A stretch of 64,000 nucleotides of DNA from NCBI GenBank assembly GCA_965178585.1, contig OZ238267.1:2355313-2419312 (forward strand), given 5' to 3'. Numbering within the stretch: the first letter of the stretch is position 1; the number at the start of each line of letters is the position of its first letter. The notes under the pieces are model-generated. The model saw only the letters and a list, made by a program, of their open reading frames with translations. It did not search any database and was not told the origin of the DNA. The position numbers and the translations under genes are program-made. This stretch comes from Flavobacteriaceae bacterium. Its GTDB lineage: Bacteria; Bacteroidota; Bacteroidia; Flavobacteriales; Flavobacteriaceae. Positions 38,575 through 47,893 of this stretch are shown piece after piece.

Positions 38575-39393
38575 TTATTGGTTGTTTAAAACAACCTCCA
38601 TTTGTTGTTGAATATTTTTAGCTTCTAGAGCTGAAGCTTCTGCAAAATCAGAATGATTAGATGCATAAATAATCCCTCTTGAAGAATTAATTAGTAATCC
38701 AACATTATCATTCATTCCATATTTACAAACATCTTGTAGGTTTCCACCCTGAGCACCTACCCCAGGAACTAAAAGAAAACTATTAGGGACAATCTCTCTA
38801 ATTTCTTTAAAGTATTCAGCTTTTGTAGCACCTACAACATACATTAACTGATCACTATTCTTCCAAGATTTCGATATTTTTAAAACTTTTTTATAAAGCT
38901 CTTCTTCTTTAATTATTTGTGTTTGAAAATCGAAAGCTCCTAAATTAGAGGTTAATGCTAATAAAATAGTGTGTTTATCTTTAAAAGTTAAAAAAGGCTC
39001 TACTGAATCTTTCCCCATATAAGGGGCAACAGTTACAGAATTAAAACCTAAGTCTTCTAGAAAAGCTTTCGCATACATACTAGAAGTATTTCCGATATCT
39101 CCCCTTTTTGCATCAGCAATAGTAAAAATCTCAGGGTGATTTTGGTTTAAGTAGTTGATCGTTTTTTCTAAAGCTTCCCAACCTTTAATACCATATGCTT
39201 CGTAGAAAGCAGTATTGGGTTTATAAGCAACAGCCAAATGATGAGTGGCATCTATAATTGCTTTATTAAAAGCAAAAATAGGATCTTCTTCTTTTAATAA
39301 ATGCTTTGGAATTTTATTTAAATCAACATCCAAACCTATACAAAGGAAGGATTTCTTATTATAGATTTGAGTAGTTAATTGCTCCGTCGTCAT
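38575..39393 (-). CDS. pyrF: Orotidine-5'-phosphate decarboxylase (type 2).
   Basis: Catalytic motifs are present: [18 protein letters not shown] and VPGVGAQGG. Confidence 0.88.
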   Translation of the reverse strand: MTTEQLTTQIYNKKSFLCIGLDVDLNKIPKHLLKEEDPIFAFNKAIIDATHHLAVAYKPNTAFYEAYGIKGWEALEKTINYLNQNHPEIFTIADAKRGDIGNTSSMYAKAFLEDLGFNSVTVAPYMGKDSVEPFLTFKDKHTILLALTSNLGAFDFQTQIIKEEELYKKVLKISKSWKNSDQLMYVVGATKAEYFKEIREIVPNSFLLVPGVGAQGGNLQDVCKYGMNDNVGLLINSSRGIIYASNHSDFAEASALEAKNIQQQMEVVLNNQ

Positions 39394-39394
39394 T

Positions 39395-40471
39395 TTAAAA
39401 AGTATCGCCTGATTCTTTAAGTTTTTCGGTATTGTTTACCAACTGTAATTCATCAATAATTTTCTGAATATCACCATTTATAATATTACTTAAATCATAT
39501 AATGTTAAATTAATTCTATGGTCGGTAACTCTTCCTTGTGAATAATTATAGGTTCTAATTTTAGCACTTCGGTCACCACTAGTAACCATAGATCCTCTTT
39601 TTAAAGCATCTTCAGCTTGTTTTTTAGCCAATTCTAAATCGTATAATCTAGATCGTAAAACTTTAAAAGCCTTCTCTTTATTTTTATGCTGAGATTTTTG
39701 ATCTTGACATTGTGCAACCAATCCGGTTGGAACGTGTGTTAAACGTACAGCAGAATAGGTCGTGTTTACAGATTGACCACCTGGTCCTGAAGAACAGAAG
39801 TAATCAATGCGAACATCTTTCATTTCTATTTGCACATCAAATTCTTCTGCTTCTGGAAATACCATAACGGTTGCAGCACTCGTATGAACCCTACCCTGTG
39901 TTTCTGTTTGTGGTACTCTTTGTACACGATGAACACCTGCTTCAAATTTTAAAACTCCATAAACATCGTCACCTGTTATTTCAAATTGAATTTCCTTAAA
40001 ACCACCACTGGTTCCTTCACTAAAGTCTACTACACTTGTTTTCCATCCTCTACCTTCACAATATTTAGTATACATTCTAAAAAGATCTCCTGCAAAGATA
40101 CTAGCCTCATCTCCACCAGTACCTGCTCTAATTTCCATCACTGCATTTTTTGCATCTTCTGGATCTTTAGGAATCAATAAAAATTTAATTTCTTCTTCTA
40201 ATAACGGAATTCTTGTTTTAGCTTCATCCATTTCCATTTTAGCCATTTCAACCATTTCGGCATCACTTCCGTCAGAAATAATTTCTTCAGCTTCAGTTAT
40301 GTTATCAGTTAAAGAAAGGTATTCCCCACGCTTATCCATTAATAATCTTAGATCCTTATATTCTTTATTTAACTGAACATACCTTTTTTGATCTGTAATA
40401 ATATCTGGCTGAATGATTAAATCACTCACCTCATCAAAGCGCTGTTTTACTATTTGAAGTTTTTCTAGCAT
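39395..40471 (-). CDS. prfA: Peptide chain release factor 1.
   Basis: It has the GGQ motif ([11 protein letters not shown]), an RF1-type recognition loop ([14 protein letters not shown]) and is 358 aa. Confidence 0.93.
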   Translation of the reverse strand: MLEKLQIVKQRFDEVSDLIIQPDIITDQKRYVQLNKEYKDLRLLMDKRGEYLSLTDNITEAEEIISDGSDAEMVEMAKMEMDEAKTRIPLLEEEIKFLLIPKDPEDAKNAVMEIRAGTGGDEASIFAGDLFRMYTKYCEGRGWKTSVVDFSEGTSGGFKEIQFEITGDDVYGVLKFEAGVHRVQRVPQTETQGRVHTSAATVMVFPEAEEFDVQIEMKDVRIDYFCSSGPGGQSVNTTYSAVRLTHVPTGLVAQCQDQKSQHKNKEKAFKVLRSRLYDLELAKKQAEDALKRGSMVTSGDRSAKIRTYNYSQGRVTDHRINLTLYDLSNIINGDIQKIIDELQLVNNTEKLKESGDTF

Positions 40472-40539
40472 AAAATTTTATTGTCGAACAAATTTACAAT
40501 CTTTATAATTAATCAGTAAGTAGAAATGAAAAAACTGAA

Positions 40540-41718
40540 TTAATAATGAAATTCTCCAAATTCACTTTTAATCGTTAATTTTTTATCATCTGAGGCCTCT
40601 ACGCTACCAATAATTTGAGCATTCACATTAAAAGATTTTGAAATTTCTATAATATCATTTGCAATTTCTTTAGGAACATAAATTTCCATACGATGTCCCA
40701 TATTAAACACTTGGTACATTTCTTTCCAATCGGTATTACTTTCTTTTTGAATTAATTTAAACAAAGGTGGTACTTCAAATAAATTATCCTTAATAATATG
40801 AAGCCCTTTTACAAAATGAAGAATTTTAGTTTGAGCCCCACCACTACAATGAACCATTCCATGAATATCTTTATTTGTATATTTTGAAAGAATTTTTTTA
40901 ATAATAGGAGCATAGGTCCTTGTTGGTGACAACACCAATTTTCCTGCATCCAATTCAGTATTTTTAACTAAATCTGTCAATTTCTTTGACCCAGAATACA
41001 CCAATTCATCAGGCACTTCTTGATCAAAACTTTCTGGGTATTTTTCAGCTAAATATTTTTCAAAAACATCGTGACGAGCAGAAGTAAGACCATTACTTCC
41101 CATACCTCCATTGTATTCAGTTTCATAGGAAGCTTGTCCAAATGATTCCAACCCAACTATTACATCTCCTGTTTTTATATTAGAATTATCAATAACATCA
41201 CTTCGTTTTATTCGAGCAGTTACTGTAGAATCTACAATAATGGTTCGTACCAAATCACCAACGTCAGCGGTTTCTCCTCCAGTTGAATGTATGGTGACGC
41301 CAAACGAATTTAAATCTTTAAGCAATTCTTCAGATCCATTTATTATTGCCGAAATAACTTCTCCTGGAATTTTATTTTTATTACGACCAATGGTAGAAGA
41401 CAACATAATATTATCTGTAGCACCTACACATAATAAATCGTCAATATTCATTATCAAAGCATCTTGAGCTATTCCTTTCCAAACAGATAAATCTCCTGTT
41501 TCCTTCCAATACATATAGGCTAAGGAAGATTTTGTTCCTGCACCATCTGCATGCATTACTAAGCAATAATCATTATCTCCAGTAAGGTAATCGGGAACTA
41601 TTTTACAAAATGCTTGAGGAAACAATCCTTTATCTACATTTTTAATAGCATTGTGTACATCTTCTTTTGAAGCAGAAACACCTCTTTGGGCATATCTTTT
41701 TGAAATTTCTTGATCCAT
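40540..41718 (-). CDS. purM: Phosphoribosylformylglycinamidine cyclo-ligase (AIR synthase), long Bacteroidota form.
   Basis: It has the AIR-synthase N and C domains (MHADGAGTKS, DDLLCVGA, GGETADVGD, HCSGGAQTK). Confidence 0.85.
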   Translation of the reverse strand: MDQEISKRYAQRGVSASKEDVHNAIKNVDKGLFPQAFCKIVPDYLTGDNDYCLVMHADGAGTKSSLAYMYWKETGDLSVWKGIAQDALIMNIDDLLCVGATDNIMLSSTIGRNKNKIPGEVISAIINGSEELLKDLNSFGVTIHSTGGETADVGDLVRTIIVDSTVTARIKRSDVIDNSNIKTGDVIVGLESFGQASYETEYNGGMGSNGLTSARHDVFEKYLAEKYPESFDQEVPDELVYSGSKKLTDLVKNTELDAGKLVLSPTRTYAPIIKKILSKYTNKDIHGMVHCSGGAQTKILHFVKGLHIIKDNLFEVPPLFKLIQKESNTDWKEMYQVFNMGHRMEIYVPKEIANDIIEISKSFNVNAQIIGSVEASDDKKLTIKSEFGEFHY

Positions 41719-41797
41719 TCTATTAGCTTAGTTTGCAAAAGTAAGCAATAAAAAAAGCTCACAAAAGTGAGCTTTTAAGTATTTGTATAATTTTTAT

Positions 41798-43318
41798 TTA
41801 TTTCCAGTCTGGCATAAAAGCTTCATTAAAGAGTAATTTATCAATAGTCCCTTGATCAAAATCAACTTTAAATATTTTTGGAATTGCACCATTATTAGAT
41901 CCTACTCTTGTAAAAATAACCCCTCCCTCAGAAGGTGAGAACTTAACATCAATATCATTTTCACCTAATACAACTTCTGTTTCAACTTCTTCCAAAGTAT
42001 CATCTGGAATGTTATACATAAATATTCTATTTTCAAACCTCCTATAGTCAGTGTTTTGAGAGCCAGAAAGATCTTTTGTATACAATACTTTATCTGCATT
42101 TGCTGAAAAACTAATACCTCCAGACGCTCCTAACTCGCCTTCATGAACAATAGTTACTTCGCTACCACTAAGTAATTTCACTGTATATATCCTAGTGTTA
42201 TATCCTTGACTATTGTTTGTTTTTAACAATACCAAATTAGAATCATAATCTGCAACATCCATTTCAGATATTATCGATCCGTCAAGTGTTTCATATAATA
42301 AGGTAGCTCCTCCACCATCAGGGTTTATAGAATACAATCTATCAAAATTTGCATAATAAATTAATTGCCCATTATTAGCCCAGGTTATGTCTAATTCGTC
42401 ATTTCTAAAACCTGCAACAGGAATACTAGAGGTAACTTGTGCAACATCCGTACCATCCAAATTCATTGTAAATATTTGAACATCTCCTCCAACTGTTCTT
42501 AAAAAAGCAACTTTATTAACAACACTATTTCTTCTTGGTCTAAAACTGTTTGTATTTTCGTCGGTTATTTGCAACAGATTAATATCTGGTTCTCCATCTG
42601 GGTTAAAATCTTCATTTCCAGAAAAAATAACATTATTGCCATTAATCTTTTTTACTAGTAAATATGGATTATCTGGTGAAGTCATGGTTCTAAAATCACT
42701 TAAAGAAGAGCTTATTGAATCATTAACTCCATCAGTAACGGTAACTTGCCAAAAATAATTAGTTGCTAATTGAAGATTACTTACTGTATATGTTGTGTCT
42801 TGACCAACTTCAAAAAATAAAATCTCATTAGTTGAACCATTTCTAACATCTAGTGTATAGGATAAATCGTCTCCATTTGCATCTGATGATGACCATATAA
42901 ATTCAACTTCTAGCGACACATCTTCAGAACCGTTTTCCGGAAAAATCAATACAGGAGTTGAAGGCGGAACATTTATTACATCTGATAGTTCAATCTCTAA
43001 AGCTACAGTAGATGTTAAACCTTCTAATACCGTGACAGACTCAAAACCTGTAGTATAATCATCTAGATCTGCTTGTACCGAATAGTCATCTACCAATATA
43101 TTTGAAAGCAAAAATTCTCCCAATGCATCTGTAAATACTGTACTAGACCCTGGGTTCGTGGTTATCTTAGCATTTTCTAATGGGTCACCTGTCTCTTTAT
43201 CAATAACGGTCCCAGATATGGAACCTGTAACAGGTACACTTACGGTATCTTCGCTACAACTCCCTAATGCAATTAAAATAAATAAAATTGCTAATATTTT
43301 AAAATTTTTCATTTTCAA
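41798..43318 (-). CDS. Lipoprotein with a carboxypeptidase-regulatory-like domain, an FN3-like domain and a TolB/PD40-like beta-propeller.
   Basis: It has a lipobox (ALGSC). An ISGTVIDKETGDPLENAKI Ig-like domain is followed by an FN3-like segment (YFWQVTVTDG). Repeated propeller-like blades fill the C-terminal ~290 aa. It starts 12 bp downstream of the csgG-like gene. Confidence 0.6.
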   Translation of the reverse strand: MKMKNFKILAILFILIALGSCSEDTVSVPVTGSISGTVIDKETGDPLENAKITTNPGSSTVFTDALGEFLLSNILVDDYSVQADLDDYTTGFESVTVLEGLTSTVALEIELSDVINVPPSTPVLIFPENGSEDVSLEVEFIWSSSDANGDDLSYTLDVRNGSTNEILFFEVGQDTTYTVSNLQLATNYFWQVTVTDGVNDSISSSLSDFRTMTSPDNPYLLVKKINGNNVIFSGNEDFNPDGEPDINLLQITDENTNSFRPRRNSVVNKVAFLRTVGGDVQIFTMNLDGTDVAQVTSSIPVAGFRNDELDITWANNGQLIYYANFDRLYSINPDGGGATLLYETLDGSIISEMDVADYDSNLVLLKTNNSQGYNTRIYTVKLLSGSEVTIVHEGELGASGGISFSANADKVLYTKDLSGSQNTDYRRFENRIFMYNIPDDTLEEVETEVVLGENDIDVKFSPSEGGVIFTRVGSNNGAIPKIFKVDFDQGTIDKLLFNEAFMPDWK

Positions 43319-43330
43319 AATTGTTAAATG

Positions 43331-44704
43331 TTATTGTTTTTTAAAATTAAAATAATAATTAATACCTATACCAAAATTATAATATTGATCATCTCTTTTT
43401 CCATTAACTAGATAATCTACATCATCACTAAAAACAAAGTCGTATTCAGCAAAAGCCTTTAATCCCCATCGTTTTGAAATAAAATACAATACTCCTGCAC
43501 CTATTTGAGCTTTAAAAAAAGTGTCATTATTACCTTCATTTGAATTTCTATATATCGCTCCTGGTCCAAAATAAACATATGGTGAGACTTCATCATTAGG
43601 CAATATATTAAAGCTACCATTTAAATCTACTCCTATAAATGATTCATTGAATACTTCACCATTATTAAGTTTAAAATAGGAGCCTGAAATCCCTACTTTA
43701 AACGAAGGTGTTATTTTTCTTTGATATTGCAGGCTAGTAAAGTAATCCCAATTAGATTGAGTATAATCACCCATTATTTGTCCAATAGCACCAGTTGCAT
43801 TTAAACTATTCTTAAACTCTCTGGTAACAAATTTTCTATCATACAATTCTGTATTCTCATCTTCTTCTTTAATTCTTAAATATTCTGCAACCATTTCTTT
43901 ATCCTTTTCAGCTCCTTCTGCAGTTCCCCAATATTGATCTTTAACACCTTCAATTATAAGGTCATGAACTGCTTTTTCTATCGCATCTTTCACTGCTAAT
44001 TGCATCGGCTCATTTTGCGTAATTCCCATTTCAACCTCTAATAATCTTTGAAATTTCACAAAACGGAATAAACTAGCATCAAGCGCTTGAGATAAAATTG
44101 TTTTTGAAACATAAACGGTTTTCAAAATTTGTCCATTGCTTGTTGAGACTGCACGCAAATAAACAGTTATTCTATCTTGTCTATATTGAGTAGAGCCTCC
44201 AATTCCAAAATATCTAGCTCCAACACCGCCAGTTATTATATTGGTATCGTATGAAATAATTCCACCCTCTAGTAATAAACCAGCATAAAGTAATGGTGGT
44301 AATGGTGGTTCATTTGGATTTAAATTTTTAATATATTCTTGTTTTGTATTTCTAATAATATTTCGTTCTGTAGAAAGGTTACTTAAATTTTCCCTTTCAA
44401 TGGGTATAAACCAGCCAGAATCTTCTAATGCCTTAATTAATATGGTAGTTGCTCCTTGTGACACAGCAGTACTAAAGGTACTACCATTTTCAACAGCCTT
44501 ATATTGTCCAGTTTGATCACTAAAATTATAAACAGCAACTTCAACTGGGCTTTGTGCTTTAGGTAAATCTAATAGTATTTTTGTTGACGGGGCTAACTCA
44601 CCAGTTTGAGAAGGCTTTTGTTTAATAGGCTGGTTAAACATTCCAGCACAAGAGCCTAAAATCAATATAGGAATAACTAATAATAATTTGTAAAATATCT
44701 GCAT
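43331..44704 (-). CDS. csgG: CsgG-like curli secretion channel lipoprotein fused to a C-terminal OMP beta-barrel domain.
   Basis: It has a lipobox (ILGSC). Residues ~45-285 align with E. coli CsgG (VAVYNFSDQTGQYK, STFSTAVSQGATTILIKALEDSGWFIPIERENLSNLSTERNIIR, GGVGARYFGIG, FRFVKFQRLLE). An extra ~170 aa has alternating beta-strand patterns ending GIGINYYF. Confidence 0.8.
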   Translation of the reverse strand: MQIFYKLLLVIPILILGSCAGMFNQPIKQKPSQTGELAPSTKILLDLPKAQSPVEVAVYNFSDQTGQYKAVENGSTFSTAVSQGATTILIKALEDSGWFIPIERENLSNLSTERNIIRNTKQEYIKNLNPNEPPLPPLLYAGLLLEGGIISYDTNIITGGVGARYFGIGGSTQYRQDRITVYLRAVSTSNGQILKTVYVSKTILSQALDASLFRFVKFQRLLEVEMGITQNEPMQLAVKDAIEKAVHDLIIEGVKDQYWGTAEGAEKDKEMVAEYLRIKEEDENTELYDRKFVTREFKNSLNATGAIGQIMGDYTQSNWDYFTSLQYQRKITPSFKVGISGSYFKLNNGEVFNESFIGVDLNGSFNILPNDEVSPYVYFGPGAIYRNSNEGNNDTFFKAQIGAGVLYFISKRWGLKAFAEYDFVFSDDVDYLVNGKRDDQYYNFGIGINYYFNFKKQ

Positions 44705-44713
44705 GATTTTTTT

Positions 44714-45118
44714 TTAATTTGGAACAATTATTTGAGTTTGTTCTCCATTTGAAGTATCTAAAATATTAATAATTAACCCTTCACCTGTTTCTGTAATTTC
44801 AATGTTTAAGGATCCATAAACAAAAGAACCTTCTTGGGTAAAATCAAAATCACCTAGTTGTTGTTCTAACAATGCTCTGGAAATTTGACTCAATATCTGG
44901 CTGTTAATATTTTCTCCAAATCGATCTAGGTCTGTTTCTTCTTCTCTTGCATCACGATCTGCAGTAAAAGAGTTTTGTGCAGTTGCAGAGCTTAGTAGCC
45001 AGTTATAATTAAATGTGTTTCCTCCAAAAGCAGGGTTTTTAGGTTGATAACTAAATTGTTGAGCATAACAACTTGAACCAAAAATAAATATCACTGCTAT
45101 AAAAAATATCTTTTTCAT
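44714..45118 (-). CDS. csgF: CsgF-like curli assembly component.
   Basis: A signal peptide is followed by FSYQPKNPAFGGNTFNYNWLLSSATAQNSF, which matches the E. coli CsgF N-terminus [27 protein letters not shown]. Confidence 0.75.
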   Translation of the reverse strand: MKKIFFIAVIFIFGSSCYAQQFSYQPKNPAFGGNTFNYNWLLSSATAQNSFTADRDAREEETDLDRFGENINSQILSQISRALLEQQLGDFDFTQEGSFVYGSLNIEITETGEGLIINILDTSNGEQTQIIVPN

Positions 45119-45119
45119 C

Positions 45120-45530
45120 TTAATAATGTATAAAATTATCTTTTTGTTTTTCTATTTGTTGAAGCTTTGCTATTGAGCGATACAAAGCAGTACTTGCCAT
45201 TTTTTTTAAAAAATCTTTTCTAGGTTGAGCAAAAAACTGCCATACTAATTGATTATCTACTTTTACAGAAATTTTAGAGCTACGCACACTAAAACCCGCT
45301 AGCACTTCTTCTACTAAAATATTTTTATCTGTTTTTATTTGTTTATTTCTATACTCTGTATAAAAATACCTATAAAAATCTCGTCCGACTTTAGTTATCG
45401 TGTTTTCTATAACTAAGCCATTTATTTCATACCCATCTTGAGGTTTTGATTGATCAGATTCTACAATTCTTATGGTTTCGGGATTATATAATGCAAAAAG
45501 TCGTTCAACTACAGTTAAACGACCTTTTAT
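45120..45530 (-). CDS. csgE: CsgE-like protein. The start is unresolved and it may be a 5'-truncated pseudogene.
   Basis: The open frame IKGRL...INGLVIENTITKVGRDFYRYF...ISVKVDNQLVWQFFAQPRKDFLKK aligns with E. coli CsgE (GHDFYRAF...[24 protein letters not shown]). No ATG, GTG or TTG occurs before the GTG at 45305, and no signal peptide is encoded. Confidence 0.55.
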   Translation of the reverse strand: MKGRLTVVERLFALYNPETIRIVESDQSKPQDGYEINGLVIENTITKVGRDFYRYFYTEYRNKQIKTDKNILVEEVLAGFSVRSSKISVKVDNQLVWQFFAQPRKDFLKKMASTALYRSIAKLQQIEKQKDNFIHY

Positions 45531-45555
45531 TTAAAATGTTAAAGTTTTGTTAAAT

Positions 45556-47742
45556 TTATTTCAGCATAATCATTTCACGATATTTTGAAAGTGGCCAAAG
45601 TTCATCATCAACTAACAATTCTAATTTGTCACAATGATATCTAATCTCATCAAAATAAGGCTTAACCTTGTTACAGTAAGCTGTAGCGCGTTTTTCTGCT
45701 GAACTAATCTTATTAGCTTTTTTACGTTCATCAATCATATCGGTAATTCCTAAATTAATTTTTTCAATATGTTCAGATATTTTTTCAATTAACTTCAATT
45801 GCTCTTTTGACAGTTTTTTAAAGCCACTGCCATAAATATCCTTTAATCCTTGAACATTTTTAATCAACCTATTTTGATATTTAATAGCTGTAGGAATTAC
45901 ATGGTTTCTTGCAATATCACCCAATACTCTTCCTTCAATTTGAATACGCATCGTATACTCTTCCACTTTAATTTCATATCGAGCTTCTATTTCTACTCTA
46001 CTCATGATATTAAGCTCTTCATATAAAGCAATTGTTTTTTCAGCAACTTTTGCTTTTAAAGCTTCTGGAGTACTTTTATTGTTACTAAGTCCTCTCTTTT
46101 TTGCTTCTTTTTCCCAAGCTTCACCGTAACCATCCCCTTCAAATCGAATACGTTTAGAGTCTTTAACATACTCTCTTAGAATATTAAATATAGCATCGTC
46201 TTTTTTCATTTTCTTTTCTTCAATCAAAGAATCCACACTTTTCTTAAATTCAATTAACTGTTTTGCAACAATAGAATTTAAAACGGTCATGGGTGTTGCA
46301 CAATTTGCTGTTGATCCTACTGCTCTAAATTCAAATTTATTTCCAGTAAAAGCAAAAGGTGAAGTTCTATTACGATCTGTATTATCTAACAAAATCTCAG
46401 GGATTTTCCCTACAACATTTAGCTTAAGGTCGGTCTTTTCTTCTGGAGATAATTTTCCGTTGGTAACTTTCTCTAATTCATCTAAAGCTTTAGTAAGTTG
46501 AGAACCTATAAATACTGAAATAATTGCAGGTGGAGCTTCATTAGCACCTAAACGATGATCGTTATTAGCACTTGCAATAGATGAACGCATTAATTCTTCA
46601 TAATCATTAACTGCTTTTATAGTATTTACAAAGAAGGTTAAAAACTGAAGGTTGCGTTTTGGAGTTTTACTAGGACTTAATAAATTAATTCCAGTATTAG
46701 TGCTTAATGACCAGTTATTATGCTTACCGCTTCCATTAATTCCTTTAAATGGTTTTTCATGAAACAACACTTTAAAGTGATGTCTTTCAGCAACTTTTTC
46801 CATAATATCCATTAATAAGGAATTATGATCTACTGCTAAGTTTGCTTCTTCAAAAATAGGTGCCAACTCAAACTGATTGGGCGCCACCTCATTATGACGT
46901 GTTTTAACTGGAATACCTAATAACATACATTCAGTTTCTAAATCACGCATATAATCCAATGCTCTTGTAGGAATGGATCCAAAGTAATGATCATCTAATT
47001 GCTGTCCTTTTGCTACTTCATGACCTAAAAGGGTTCTTCCAGTTAAGGTAATGTCTGGTCTTGATGCAGCTAAAGCTTTATCAACTAAAAAATACTCTTG
47101 TTCCCAACCCAATGTTGCAATTGTTTTTGTTACATTTTTATCAAAATATTTTGCTACTGAAGTTGCTGCATTATCTAATACTTGAAGAGATCTTAATAAT
47201 GGCGTTTTATTGTCTAAAGCCTCGCCTGTATAAGAAACAAATACTGTTGGAATACAAAGTGTAGTACCATAAATAAAAGCTGGAGAAGTTGGGTCCCAAG
47301 CAGTATATCCTCTTGCTTCAAAAGTATTCCTAATTCCTCCATTTGGAAAACTTGAAGCATCTGGTTCTTGCTGTACTAATTGTCCACCTCCAAACTTTTC
47401 GATTGCACTTCCGTCACTAGTTGTTTCAAAAAAAGCATCATGCTTTTCAGCAGTAGATCCTGTTAAAGGTTGAAACCAGTGTGTATAGTGAGTAGCTCCA
47501 TTGTTGATAGCCCATTCTTTCATTCCTGTTGAAATATGATCGGCTATATTTCGGTTAATTTTTGAACCATTAATAGTGGCATCAACTACACTATTATAAG
47601 ATTCTTTTGTTAAATACTGACGCATTGCTGCCTCATTAAAAACGTTTTTACCAAAAATAGTAGAACGTCTAGCTGGCTCTTCTACTGAGATTGGTTTTCT
47701 ACTTAATGTTTCTTTGATTGCTTCAAATCTAAGGGTAGACAT
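45556..47742 (-). CDS. glnA: Glutamine synthetase type III (GlnN).
   Basis: It is 728 aa with the Bacteroidota GSIII N-terminus (FGKNVFNEAAMRQYLTKE) and catalytic motifs (NGSGKHNNWS, HNEVAPNQFE). Confidence 0.92.
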   Translation of the reverse strand: MSTLRFEAIKETLSRKPISVEEPARRSTIFGKNVFNEAAMRQYLTKESYNSVVDATINGSKINRNIADHISTGMKEWAINNGATHYTHWFQPLTGSTAEKHDAFFETTSDGSAIEKFGGGQLVQQEPDASSFPNGGIRNTFEARGYTAWDPTSPAFIYGTTLCIPTVFVSYTGEALDNKTPLLRSLQVLDNAATSVAKYFDKNVTKTIATLGWEQEYFLVDKALAASRPDITLTGRTLLGHEVAKGQQLDDHYFGSIPTRALDYMRDLETECMLLGIPVKTRHNEVAPNQFELAPIFEEANLAVDHNSLLMDIMEKVAERHHFKVLFHEKPFKGINGSGKHNNWSLSTNTGINLLSPSKTPKRNLQFLTFFVNTIKAVNDYEELMRSSIASANNDHRLGANEAPPAIISVFIGSQLTKALDELEKVTNGKLSPEEKTDLKLNVVGKIPEILLDNTDRNRTSPFAFTGNKFEFRAVGSTANCATPMTVLNSIVAKQLIEFKKSVDSLIEEKKMKKDDAIFNILREYVKDSKRIRFEGDGYGEAWEKEAKKRGLSNNKSTPEALKAKVAEKTIALYEELNIMSRVEIEARYEIKVEEYTMRIQIEGRVLGDIARNHVIPTAIKYQNRLIKNVQGLKDIYGSGFKKLSKEQLKLIEKISEHIEKINLGITDMIDERKKANKISSAEKRATAYCNKVKPYFDEIRYHCDKLELLVDDELWPLSKYREMIMLK

Positions 47743-47776
47743 AATAATGTGCTTTAAATTAATAAAATTAAAGTCA

Positions 47777-47784
47777 CAAAATTA
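47777..47784 (-). promoter_or_regulatory. Candidate -7 box (TAatTTTG) for glnA.
   Basis: The minus strand reads taattttg, ending 35 nt upstream of the ATG at 47742. Confidence 0.4.
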
Positions 47785-47893
47785 ACTATATTTTAATTTA
47801 CCCCCTATTTTTTTTATAACTTAATTAAATAAAAGTATATTTCTTATCAACAACCCCCTTAAAAAAAGTTAATAACCTAAAATAAATATTAAT

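Noticed and set aside
47801-47858. Two C5 runs (G5 on the glnA coding strand) 53 nt apart upstream of the glnA -7 box. I considered them as a possible nitrogen-regulator site.
   Set aside because: The flanks are not similar (tttaCCCCCtatt versus caaCCCCCttaa), there is no dyad symmetry, and two short homopolymers are weak evidence.
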